Assembly (NCBI GenBank): GCA_964016885.1
Contig: OZ024743.1
Coordinates: 266,414,001 to 266,478,000, forward strand
Direction: 5' to 3'
DNA: 64,000 nt
Origin: Eledone cirrhosa
Taxonomy: Eukaryota
Part shown: in pieces, positions 13,919-26,795 of the stretch
Layout: each line of letters opens with the position of its first letter
Position numbering within the stretch: the stretch's first letter is position 1
Made by a program: the position numbers and the translations under genes
Notes under the pieces: model-generated
Seen by the model: only the letters and a program-made list of their open reading frames with translations
Databases searched by the model: none
Told to the model about the DNA's origin: nothing

Positions 13919-14626
13919 GAAGATGATGCATGACATACCCTGACTTAGTAGACGGTTAAGATTCAGTCATGGTAGTGAATAAGATATGACAAAACTCAAT
14001 ATGTATATACCTTAAGATTGAGACATGAAAGAATGTACATATAATCCGTGTGAGAAAGCTTAAAAATACATAATAGCAATTTACATAACTGTTAGAGATT
14101 CAAATAATTTAAATTATTGAAGAAAGAAGAAAGAAAGAAGAAAGACAGAGAAACAGATGAGGAAAAAACATAGTTAATAGAAGTATAGAAAGCAAAATAT
14201 AATTGATCAAGGATAGAGAGACAAGGAGGAAAAAAGTTTATAGTATAAAGCATAGGGAGGGAGATTTGTATTGTCGTGGATGAATAGGGTGTGATTAGAT
14301 GATGCAAAAATATATATATATATATAAATACATGAATATACATTTGGGCATAGCTTTGTGAAAGAGTAAACTCGAATCTTTGAATTATCTAGAAGTATCC
14401 ATCAATCTAAATATTAAATATATCTGGGTGTAATTATATGAGGGTTTAATTTCTAGTCTTTAGTTAATTAGAAATATACTAACAATTAATTATATACACT
14501 ATATATATATATCCAAACGTATCTGGCAGACCGTTAAATTTCGAATCATTTATGTTAGTTCAGAATAATGAATTAATCTAAAGGTATAATATTTCAGGCT
14601 ATAAAAGTTATAAATATCTATGTTAA

Positions 14627-14776
14627 TATTGTTTCTACTTTAGGCACAAGGCCAGCAATTACCCAGTGTATTACTGGTACTTTATTTTATCGACCCCGTA
14701 AGGATGAAAGGCAAAGTAAACCTCGGCGGGATTTGAACTCAGATCGTAAAGGGACGTAACTATGCTGGAAAGCATA
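14627..14776 (-). mobile_element. SINE family A, 5'-truncated
   Basis: Reverse complement match to the family. Confidence 0.85.
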
Positions 14777-15888
14777 TCTATATTAATATTAAAGTATACT
14801 ATTATATTTAATTTATAAAATCATATTTAAAGTATTTGCAAACATGAGAAAGAAGAGACTTAATATTTTCATCCTCACAAAGGTAATCCATATCAAATTA
14901 TATTATTTTATATTATATTAAACATTTTTTTTTATATTAAAATAATAATTCTCATTATATAATTTAGAAAATAATTACAGTTATAACTTTAAACATTTTA
15001 AATTAACAATTAGAATGCCCTAAAGTATCTAAAGGCCTTATAATTAAACTTAAAAAAGGGTATTATTAAATTAGATATACCCATTTGTCTAAATATATAC
15101 AAAGAGTATATTGTCTAAAGTTCAAGACGATATTAGTCAGTTATACACAATATAATATAATATAATAAATAAGTTACTGTTAATAGTGTTCAAATTAAGG
15201 TTTTAGATAAATTATTATATTAGAATCATGTAATACATATATACTATAAATATACAAATCAAACTTCATGAATCATAAGGATAAGAACCAGATTAAAAAA
15301 AAAAAAGTAAATTGTTTGTGATCATAAACGTGCCAAATATCTAAGCTATATAATTTAAAAATACAAGAACATTTTTAAGGATCTATATTGTAGTATAATA
15401 TCATATGTAAAGTGTCTGCAAACGTAAGAAAGAGAAAACTTAAGATTTTCATCGACCCGAAGGTAACCCGAATTTAATTAAATTAAATAATAATCATCGT
15501 TATATAATTAAGAAAATAATTAACAATTATAAGACTAGAATGTCCTTAAGTATCTAAAATACTTATAAATGTAGCTAGAAGCATGTTATTAAACTACATA
15601 TATACATATGTCTAAATATATACAGAGTATTCTGTTCGGAACTCAAGACGATATTAGTGATCCAAATACATATAATAAATAATAAATACAATCATTGTTA
15701 GTAAAGATTATAATTGAAGTTTTACATCAAGTTAAGTGAAAAATGTTTGTCGACTAGGATCGAATGCGACGCATATACCATAAATATATATAAATAAATA
15801 TAAATATAAATATATAAATCAAACATCCTGAATCTTACAAGTAACATACTCCAAATGAATAAATACATAAATACATGAATGCATGAAG

Positions 15889-16078
15889 GGGCGGTAGATT
15901 GGCAGTATCGGTAGAGGGTCGGACGCCATGCTTTCCAACATAGTTACGTCCCTTTACGATCTGAGTTCAAATCTCGCCGAGGTTGACTTTGCGTTTCATC
16001 CTTACGGGGTCGATAAAATAAAGTACCAGTAATGCACTGGGTAATTGCTGGCCTTGTGCCTAAAGTAGAAACAGTTAT
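15889..16078 (+). mobile_element. SINE family A, full length
   Basis: Near-identical to 35508-35697. Confidence 0.9.
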
Positions 16079-16338
16079 TTGCTTTTACGGTGCATTGATA
16101 GACCAGACAATTATTTTGCAGAGGACAATTTGATCGATTTCTACAATTACATTTCGATTTATTGTTATTACAAATGGGACAATTGACATTAACATTGTTA
16201 GTACTTTGAAGTGTTCTATTGATTGTTTTTCATGTCTCAATCTTAAGGTATATAAATATTGAGTTTTGTCATATCTTATTCACTACCATGACTGAATCTT
16301 AACCATCTACCAAGTCAGGGAATGTCATGCACCATCTT

Positions 16339-16403
16339 ATTTTATCTGATGAGGACGTACTGTTGAAGATAGCTCAGTACCTCTGAAATATGTATAATAA
16401 AAT
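16339..16403 (+). ncRNA. Minimal type I hammerhead ribozyme
   Basis: Stem I ATTTTAT/ATAAAAT; core CTGATGA; stem II GGACGTACTG/CAGTACCTCT; GAAA; short near-palindromic stem III ATATGTAT; cleavage triplet ATA. Confidence 0.75.
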
Positions 16404-16567
16404 ATACTTGATCACACGAATGTCTATTTTTGTTAATATTTTGAATTAATATTAATAACTCCGGAAAACCATTTTGTTGAGTGCTTCCAATCTATTGTAA
16501 AACTCATTCTTTGATTTATTCATTGAACCTTGTTTAACCTTTATATATATATATATATATATATATA

Positions 16568-17086
16568 GTTAAAAGAATAGAGGTGTAACACACAAGTTAT
16601 TATATATTGGTAAACGGAATAGAAAATGCTGACAAATTGTTCACAGTTGAAAAATGGTTTAATTAGGAATAAAAGAGTATTAGTGATTGTATGGGTTAGT
16701 ATTCAGTTGTGGTTTTAAGTTTTTAAGTTTTTACCGGTTGCGCATTTCTAAATGCTTTTCAAAAATAATTTTGAGATAGAGTGTCCGTGCTGTTTGCTCT
16801 GATCTGATTAGTTTTGGGAATTCTACCTGTTTTTATGTTTAAAAAATGGCTCCAGCGTTATTTTTGTGTTGCAAAAATGTTTGTGGTCAAAACAATTTTG
16901 ATTGGTCGGTAGAGGTCATGTGAATGTAAAAAGTTGATTTTGCGCCAAGACTGTTTTTATGTTAAAATGTTAGAAAAGTGGCTCCAGCAAAAATTATGGT
17001 CAAAACAATTTTGATTGGTCGGTAGAGGTCATGTGGATAAAAAATTGGTTTTGCGCCAGGATTGAGAAATGACTCTTTCACAACAA

Positions 17087-17130
<44 letters not shown>

Positions 17131-17824
17131 TAGTAGTAGTAAGGTGTTCGATGCTGCGACAATAGCCACCAGCGATGTGTGTCAAATGGCTATTAAGATA
17201 AGTGTGTGTGTGTGTGTGTGTGTGTGCGTACATACACACAGCAGAGTCATTCGAAGGTCAAAAGATATTTTTCAGCTTTTGTCTTATACGGAAAAGTGCG
17301 TGTGTGTGTGTGTGTGTGTGTATAAGTCTCTTTGTATGTTGATGTACGCGTGTGTATGTGTTTGTGTATATATGTGTGTGTGTGTGTGTGTGCGTGTGTG
17401 GGTGGACCAGTATTTGTTTCCCCCCTGGTAAAATGGTGTACATTATTCGATTTTTTCAGTAAAATCGGTTCTCTTAATAGAACATCAAGAATCTTAACAA
17501 TAAAAGGTGTGAAATGATATTCACTATATATATATACACACACACACACACATATATATATATATTTTCACTACATATATACATATATATATATACATAT
17601 ATACATACACACAAATGCACATATATTGTTTTGTATTGCACCATAGAGCATGTGTGTTTACGTGTGTCATTGTGTTTATATGTGGGTAGAGATGTGTGCT
17701 GATGTAGGTATGTATGTTGACGTGTGTATGTTGTGGGTTCGTCTTAGGGAGAAGTGTTTAGACGGGGTCCGTATTTGTTAATGAAGTAAGATTCCTTGCT
17801 GATGCGCTGGGTGTGGGTGGCATT
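16568..17824 (-). mobile_element. 5'-truncated Penelope-like element (GIY-YIG C-terminus plus 3'UTR)
   Basis: 17740-17824 reverse complement matches 33004-33090 (…QRISKESYFINKYGPRLNTSP*); 3' end abuts (TA)n. Confidence 0.85.
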
Positions 17825-17926
17825 ACACACGTAAACACACATGCTCCATGGTGCAATACAAAAAAATATATGTGCATGTGTGTGTATGTATATATGTATA
17901 TATATATATGTATATATGTAGTGAAA

Positions 17927-17971
<45 letters not shown>

Positions 17972-18263
17972 GTGAATATCATTTCACACCTTTTATTGTT
18001 AAGATTGTTGATGTTCCACTAAGAGAACCGATTTTACCGAAAAAATCGAACAATGTACACCACCTCACCAGGGGGGAAAAAACACTGGTCCACCCACACA
18101 CGCCCACACACACACACACACACATATACACAAACACATACACACGCGTACATCAACATACAAAGAGACCTATACACACACACACACACACACGCACTTT
18201 TCCGTATAAGACAAAAGCCGAAAAATATCTTTTGACCTTCGAATGACTCTGCTGTGTGTATGT

Positions 18264-18306
<43 letters not shown>

Positions 18307-18374
18307 TCTCAATAGCCACTTGACACACATCGCTGGTGGCCACCGTCGCAGCATCGAACACCTTACCACCACTA

Positions 18375-18428
<54 letters not shown>

Positions 18429-19225
18429 TTGTTGTGAAAGAGTCACTTCTCAATCTTGGCGCAAAACCAACCTTTCATCCACACGACCCCCACCGACCAA
18501 TCAAAATTGCTTTGACCATAATCCTTGCTGGAGCCACCCTTCCAACATTTTAACATAAAAACAGTCTTGGCGCAAAATCAACTCTCTACATTCACATGAC
18601 CTCCACCGACCAATCAAAATTGCTCCGACCACAAGCACTTCTGCAACACAAAAACAACGCTGGAGCCACCTTTTAAACATAAAAACAGGTAGAACTATTG
18701 CCGGCTGCGAATCAATTTGAACACACAATAAATTAAGTTTTCGTTTTCTATTTGTTGTGAAAGAGTCATTTCTCAATCTTGGCGCAAAACCAATTTTTTA
18801 TCCACATGACCTCTACCGACCAATCAAAATTGTTTTGACCATAATTTTTGCTGGAGCCACTTTTCTAACATTTTAACATAAAAACAGTCTTGGCGCAAAA
18901 TCAACTTTTTACATTCACATGACCTCTACCGACCAATCAAAATTGTTTTGACCACAAGCATTTTTGCAACACAAAAATAACACTGGAGCCATTTTTTAAA
19001 CATAAAAACAGGTAGAATTCCCAAAACTAATCAGATCAGAGCAAACAGCACGGACACTCTATCTCAAAATTATTTTTGAAAAGCATTTAGAAATGCGCAA
19101 CCGGTAAAAACTTAAAAACTTAAAACCACAACTGAATACTAACCCATACAATCACTAATACTCTTTTATTCCTAATTAAACCATTTTTCAACTGTGAACA
19201 ATTTGTCAGCATTTTCTGTTCCGTT
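17825..19225 (+). mobile_element. Inverted second arm of the same PLE 3'UTR with internal ~268-bp tandem duplication
   Basis: Reverse complement of ~16600-17667; 18428-18695 duplicates 18751-19018; ends in (TA)n. Confidence 0.9.
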
Positions 19226-19227
19226 TA

Positions 19228-19282
<55 letters not shown>

Positions 19283-19470
19283 GAAAATAAATCAGGAAGT
19301 TTCGCATACATGTGAAAGATATTTACTGAATATCGACCTGTTACACACGTTTCTCTGATGATTGGCTCAATATCACCATATGAATTATGGATCCGACTCC
19401 ATTATCTATCTGCTCCTTAGACTGGAGATATGACGAAATATATAGGTTTGTTGTTGTACGTGACATGGAA

Positions 19471-19600
<130 letters not shown>

Positions 19601-19671
19601 TGGTAGCTAAGATGCCTCCATACGCGGTATGCCGGTTGAGCACTCTATGCTCTTACAGAGCAGAGTATGAT

Positions 19672-19950
19672 GGAATAGAAAACGAAAAATCAGTGATGCA
19701 TCTGAACTTAATTTATTGTGTGTTCAAATTGATTCGCAGCCGGACAGCTCAAGACGCGATCATTGTGTGGATTTCGGATCATATACTCTCAGAATATGCT
19801 CCGAAATCATTAAACGTGTCCGTCGAACCTGCGGGTCCAGAATCAGACAGATCCACACAATGATCGCGTCTCAAACTGTCCGCCGGCGAAACAATTGTAA
19901 CACACAATAAATTGAGTTCAGATGCATCACTAATTTTTCGTTTTCTATTC
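19672..19950. mobile_element. Short fold-back element with degenerate hammerhead
   Basis: Arms 19672-19772/19851-19950; GTGT-CCGTCGA...GAAA-CAATTG-TA-ACAC at 19816-19903. Confidence 0.75.
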
Positions 19951-20184
19951 TATATATGTATATATATATATATAGAGAGAGAGAGATAGATATAGATATA
20001 AATGTAATCTGAGTATAATATTCGATTCGTTTGTAATTTAACAATCTGGCTGATCAGTCAGATCGGTATATTAGCAGATCCACTGATCAGCGAGATTTGA
20101 AATCAGCAGACAGGCCAGTCAGTTTCATGCATACGAGTGAGTAATGGCCGGCTTTGCCATATTCAAATAACTATAAAAAAAACT

Positions 20185-20449
20185 TATCGCTCTACATGGC
20201 TTAATACAATAAATTTAATCTGAATTTTTCGAATATCTATAATAATATTCGATTCGTTTGCAAGTATGCAAACGAGCCTTTTTAAAGCCATTACAGTAGA
20301 ACAAGCCCCTCATTATTGCGCTTATGTTGGGATGTAAACAGAACTGCAGACACTAATATTTCTGGGTGATTGCAAAAGAATCGAATATCATTATTAATAT
20401 TCGAAAAGCACAGATTACATTTATTGTATTCAGCCATGTAGAGCGATAA
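20185..20449. repeat. Inverted repeat of the family also at 34620-35020
   Basis: TCGCTCTACATGGCT...GTTTGCAA vs TGCAAAAGAATCG...AGCCATGTAGAGCGA. Confidence 0.7.
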
Positions 20450-21215
20450 TTTTCTTTCTTTTTTTTTTTTTAGATATAGATGTATGTGTGTGTGAAATGA
20501 AATGGAAACAACTGGAGAAAATCGGGTAAAGGTACCACGAGCTTCACAACATTTCGGTTATTTGTAACGACTGCTGAGCACATTTTTCGACTATAGGGGC
20601 ATCTCTACCTGATTTTCTGAGGCTCTTTTCTCAGCTATTCTTTTGCGTTTGAGATTTTCTTCATTTCTATAAATATTTCAGCTCACTTGACGCTTTAATG
20701 TTTAATTACAAATATTCAACTATACATATATATACACGCATGGGCACATATAATTTCATACAAATACACGTATGTGTTTGTGTATGAGTTCGCGTTTGAG
20801 TGTGTATGTGTGTGTGTCTGTATATCTGTGTTGTGTGCGTGTGTGTGTGTCTGTGTATGTGAAATAGAAACATAGATTATTAAGAGGAAAATTCAAAAAT
20901 AGTAATGTCGAAACAAAGTCTTGGAGATTTTGTCACGGCTTTGTTTTATCTTAGAAACTAAGAATTTCTGAAATCTAACGAAAGAAACTTACCATTTTCC
21001 AAAAAATATCTTTTAGTTTATCTTTTTCGAATTTTTTTAAAACATACTTCGATCATAACTTTCTAAAATCTCTTTGAACAAATCACAGAGTTAGGAACTG
21101 GGAATTTTATTATTTAAATTAATAGAATGTTTGTTTTTCTTTTCTATTTTCTTTTAGCTTCTTACCCGAAAAAATCATTGATCTTCAAAGCGGTGACTTG
21201 GCAGAATATCCAGAG

Positions 21216-21368
21216 CAGGCATGTCTAACTGAGGGTCCCCCGTTCGCCACATGGGTTACATATGTGTTGTCCGAGGGCCACATATGGCAACTAATATTTT
21301 TTATTTCATATTACGCTCGCGCTGTAAAAACAGTTGTGCGAGCCGTAGGTGTGTTTGTAAAAGGCCTG
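21216..21368. mobile_element. hAT (Charlie-like) MITE
   Basis: Termini CAGGC...GCCTG; 8-bp TSD ATCCAGAG/ATCTAGAG. Confidence 0.65.
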
Positions 21369-22120
21369 ATCTAGAGTGTACTATATAAAGCACTACATTG
21401 CTTGTTCTGACTTTATTCACCCCAAATTAAAATCATGTCATTTTCAAAATTTTGCTTTTTCTCCTTTCGTTAATAACAATGAAATTACGAGCTCCCACAC
21501 AATGCCACCTCCTCTTCGACTTGTTGTTACATCCTGGATGTTCCAATTGTTTAGTTAGGGAATGCGAGGACTTTGAGGAGGTATATGTCTGCTGGCATAT
21601 ACATGGGCATTTAAAATGATGCTACCTAATAGCTTGCGGGAGACAACAGTAAATTTTACTGAAAACATATCGCTTTGTATTGCGATGGATTGGCAAAATT
21701 GTTAGAGCCTAGAACTAAATTGCTTGTGGCACATGTTCCACCCCTTGACATTCTGAATTCAATTTCGACTGAGATCAATTTTGTATTTCATCCTTTTGGG
21801 GGTCAGTAAAATATATTGCTAATTAAGGATAAAAGATTGAAGGAAATGTTAAAGAGTTGCAGCGGATACCTTGTGGTATTTGTTACGTTGCTATGCTCTA
21901 TGCACTTTAGCTGGTGGTGTCCATAGAATAAGAAATACTCCAAGGCGATGGATAACCGAAATTGGGAGGGTGTCGCAGAAGTGGCTATATCGAAATCCCA
22001 CAGAGATGAAAATTTGACATTTATCATTTTGGGGTCGAGAAATAAATCAACGCTCCAGGAAGGAGTTTGCCAGAAGTTTTACAGTGTCGGACGAGATAAC
22101 TTGTGGTTATTAATCACGAC

Positions 22121-22338
22121 GGGTGGTGGATTGTCAGTATCAGTAGAGGGTCGGACGCCATGCTTTCCAGCAAAGAGTTACGCCACTTAGCGGTCTAAGT
22201 TCAAATCCGCCGAGATTAGCTTTGCCTTTCATCCTTACGGGGTCGATATAATAAAGCACGACTAATGCACTGGGGTCTATTTAATCGACTTTCCCCTCCG
22301 CCAAAATTGATGACCTTGTACCTATAGTAGAACCCATT
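22121..22338 (+). mobile_element. SINE family A, long variant
   Basis: Same head and core plus an extra GGGTCTATTTAATCGAC segment. Confidence 0.8.
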
Positions 22339-23029
22339 AAATACAGCTCTTTTTGTTCTAAGTTATTGTGTTCATCCGTTTATGATCCTTGAATCCCTTT
22401 ACATGTAGTTCGCACACTTGCAGTGACTTTCCCTTCCTGACTAGAAGGAAGACAAAACTATGTAGTTACATATTCGATACGAATACACGCGGCATCTTGG
22501 ACAAGTAGTCCCTTTTACTATCACCTCATATCGACCAATGCCATTTGAGTGATCTTTGGTAGACGGAAATTCCGTGCTTAGATAGTGTGATAAATGTTGT
22601 AGCGAATTAAATTGTATATGTAATAACGAAAAGAATACTGGCTCTTATTTATTCCTCAGATTTACAGTGTCTCTTCCAAAAGTGGCTACAATGATAAATA
22701 TTTGCTTGCAGTGGAGTTTTCTTTGTTCGATTCATGCCCCGGCAGAGTTACTCAATGTCAGCAATATTGCCCTAACAAAACTACAATAACATTACAACGA
22801 CTAACATAGTAAATAAAAACAATATGAAATAATTTTTTTTTTTTAAGTAGGAGAGGAATGCTAATTTTTTTCATATATTTATCTTTCTTGGAAATCATTG
22901 GCAAAAAAGAAATAAAACAACCAGAAAATAAAATAAATGGAAAAAAAAAAACAGAATATAAAACTAGTAAGTTTTCAGACGATTGCGTTTGATAGTTTCG
23001 CTTGCCAATTGTTGTCTTGGGAGAACATA

Positions 23030-23042
23030 ACAAACAGACACA

Positions 23043-23092
<50 letters not shown>

Positions 23093-23219
23093 GACATACA
23101 CGCACACACACGCACACACACACACAAACACACACACAGACACAGACACAGACACACACACACACACAAACAAACACACACACATACACACACACACAAA
23201 CAAACACACACACTCACAG

Positions 23220-23254
<35 letters not shown>

Positions 23255-23410
23255 AACAAACATACAGGCCCATAAACACAGACTGGCACACTAACCTCCA
23301 CACACAAAGAGATACAAGAACAAACATGAATACGCAAACACACACCCACCCACACATATATATATATATACATATACAAACAAACATATCTATAGGTATG
23401 TTTACATATA

Positions 23411-23485
<75 letters not shown>

Positions 23486-23576
23486 TAAAATATATACATA
23501 TATAAAATATATAAAATATATAAATATATAAAATATATACATATAATATATAAATATATATATATAATGCATAATG

Positions 23577-23660
<84 letters not shown>

Positions 23661-23730
23661 TACATATAATATGTATATATACAATATATATTTGTATATA
23701 TAATATATGTTTATATATATATATATTTAC
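23030..23730. repeat. Compound (CA)n/(TA)n microsatellite block, representative of dozens in the window
   Basis: Direct inspection. Confidence 0.95.
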
Positions 23731-23920
23731 AACCACATATGTCGACATTCTCCGTCTTTAGGGTTATTTTATTCGATTCCCTCTATCGTTTATATTGATA
23801 GGCTATTATTATGAACGTTTGAATTGGGGCACACATTTTCATATTTCAAAACTTTTCAATGCTTCGTTTGTCAACACCTTTGCATCTATTTATGTTTATG
23901 TGTATATGCAACTTAGCATC

Positions 23921-23964
<44 letters not shown>

Positions 23965-24023
23965 GTATACGATGCTAAGTTGCATATACACATAAGAATA
24001 AATAGATGAATAAATGTATGAAC

Positions 24024-24082
<59 letters not shown>

Positions 24083-24441
24083 CTGATACATATCTAGATG
24101 TTTTCAAACATACACTCTGGTAATATGAGCACAGAATGGAATTAAATCTCTCTTCCACTTCGAATTCTCTTGTATTATATACAATGGAAAGTAATTATCA
24201 TATTGATGTAAAGAACGAGAAGAGGAAATTATTTAAGCGTAAAACACATAAGTGAAAATAATAATCATTTATTATCAAATTGGGTTTCATTAGCCACAAG
24301 GGCGACATAAATACACCAACATTATTTAGGATACAATAACAGCAACAGACATATTGATGTGTAACATCAACATAGGTAAACAAATGGAGATCTTAAATTT
24401 AAATATATAACAATAATTGTACTTTATATGTGTATACACAC

Positions 24442-24472
<31 letters not shown>

Positions 24473-24491
24473 CATATGTGTGTGTCTGTGT

Positions 24492-24531
<40 letters not shown>

Positions 24532-24543
24532 GTGTGTGTCTGT

Positions 24544-24642
<99 letters not shown>

Positions 24643-24901
24643 AGTGTCTCTGTTTATATGTATATATATAAATGGAAAAGAATGAAACGAAATTTCATTT
24701 CTCACTCTTAGTACGGCTGATACTTAAATGTATATACGTACATACATATATGTATACAGACGTACAAACCGAACATTACAATAAATGTTCGGTAAACCCA
24801 TACGTACATATATATATGTGTGCATGTATGTATATATATATACATACTACTGTACGTATGTATACATATATGTATGTACATGTACTTACTTATATACATA
24901 C

Positions 24902-24958
<57 letters not shown>

Positions 24959-24959
24959 T

Positions 24960-25135
24960 ATAGGAACCAGTAAGACCCCGACGGCTGAGCTCAAGCCGTG
25001 CAAGAATTAGCCGTCGAAACGGCTTGAGTTCAGCCGTCGGGGTCTTACTGGTTCCTATTACCCACTCTACTACCCTAAGTATTGAGTACTTTGGTGCGTT
25101 ATGGTCCACCTGGTTCCTTACCACATTTCCTTGGT

Positions 25136-25137
<2 letters not shown>
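24960..25137. repeat. Family H fold-back copy
   Basis: 24960-24999 inverted against 25019-25058. Confidence 0.8.
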
Positions 25138-25172
<35 letters not shown>

Positions 25173-25201
25173 TGACATATGTGTGTGTCTGTGTTTATAT
25201 G

Positions 25202-25249
<48 letters not shown>

Positions 25250-25895
25250 GACTCCCACATTGTATGATTTCGACTTAGCACCATTTATCCGACCACAAAT
25301 ACACGTACTTTCGTGTGGAGACTTCAGAGCAAGACAAAGCTGACCATTGATCCTATATTCCTGCAGAACTTTCCACGAGGGATACGTACTCTCACCTATC
25401 CTCATCATTATTTTCCTGAAGATGATTGACATGCGCAGTATCACAAGTGAATTTGCCGTCGACATGGTACTTAACTCGACAGAACCTGGTATCTGACATG
25501 GTCTTGGTAGGTTTGATGCCGTGTGCTGCATGCCTGGAATGAAAATCAGTGCAATGAACATTGAGACACTCGCCCTCTCAAGGAAGCCTGCGCTGTACTC
25601 TATACGTGTCAATGGATTTACAGTGAACCAGTTGGAGAAGTATGTCGGGGACGTGTTCACGAGTGATGGAAGTCAGTCTGCCGAATTATGTGCAAGAATT
25701 CCAGGGGCATGTGTAGTAATACACAAGCTTCAGAATTTAGTAATCAAAAGAAAGGAGGTAGGTGTAGAAACCAAACTCACTCACCTCAATTCAGTATTCG
25801 TGCCAACCCGTACCAATGGTCATGTATCTTAGGTGGGTAATGACTGACAGAATACGACCGCGATTATAAGCGAGTGGGTTTCCTCCGAAAGGCCA
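25250..25895 (+). pseudogene. Decayed RTE-clade LINE RT fragment
   Basis: GYVLSPILIIIF; GMKIS...ETLALSRKP; VNQLEKYVG; 25790-25895 is homologous to 58007-58110. Confidence 0.65.
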
Positions 25896-26018
25896 TTTGA
25901 GTAACATGCACACATGTATATAAATGTATATACATACATATATATATACATATATGTATATAAATATATCAATAGAAAAAGAATCTTGCTAAACAAATAT
26001 ATATATATATATATATAT

Positions 26019-26057
<39 letters not shown>

Positions 26058-26712
26058 TAGATATAGATGCATACAACATAAATATGTGCATACATACATA
26101 CATACATACATACATACATTATGCATATATAGATAGGCAGGAATATTTCAATAAAACTGAGAATTGTTTGAAGTTTGCTATGTCGAAACAAAATTTTATG
26201 GCTCAAGAACGGAGAGATTTTCAAATAAAAGCAAATTAGAAGATACATTTGGAAATATTGACAACATTTATCTCAACCTTGTAGGAAAGGTGCATCCTAT
26301 CACAGAATCCTGGGTTAATCAAATTCAAATGTGTGCAATATGAAAACGCCAACGCAAATGCTTATATATATATATATTTATATATATATATATGAATATA
26401 TATATATGAATGGAAGGAGATGGGTGATGTGTTGGGGTAATGGTAGCACAGTGTTATGGATAACCAAAGATGGTTCGATTCCCATGTACGTCAATACTCA
26501 TCTTTTTCCATTTATCTGAGGGTTCTAAACCCCATTATCAGGCTAAAATTTCTTTAGTCAAAAATACGGTGAAAGCTATTCTATTTTCTAATTCCAAACC
26601 TGCTCACTGTTTCAAAACATACTTACTTGTCATATATATGTACATTTATATATAGGGGAAGTGTATGTATGCATACACATACATGTGTGTACGTATGTAT
26701 ACATGCATATGA

Positions 26713-26795
<83 letters not shown>

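Larger units (their letters stand above)
13809..16542. mobile_element. PLE-like element with ~220-bp inverted repeats carrying hammerheads
   Basis: 13809-14030 is the reverse complement of 16228-16449; right end runs ~90 bp into (TA)n; AT-rich interior with a decayed tandem duplication and two SINEs. Confidence 0.8.

Noticed and set aside
25010-25030. GCCGTCGAAACGGC as a hammerhead half in family H
   Set aside because: Better explained as a simple tetraloop hairpin; no CUGANGA partner
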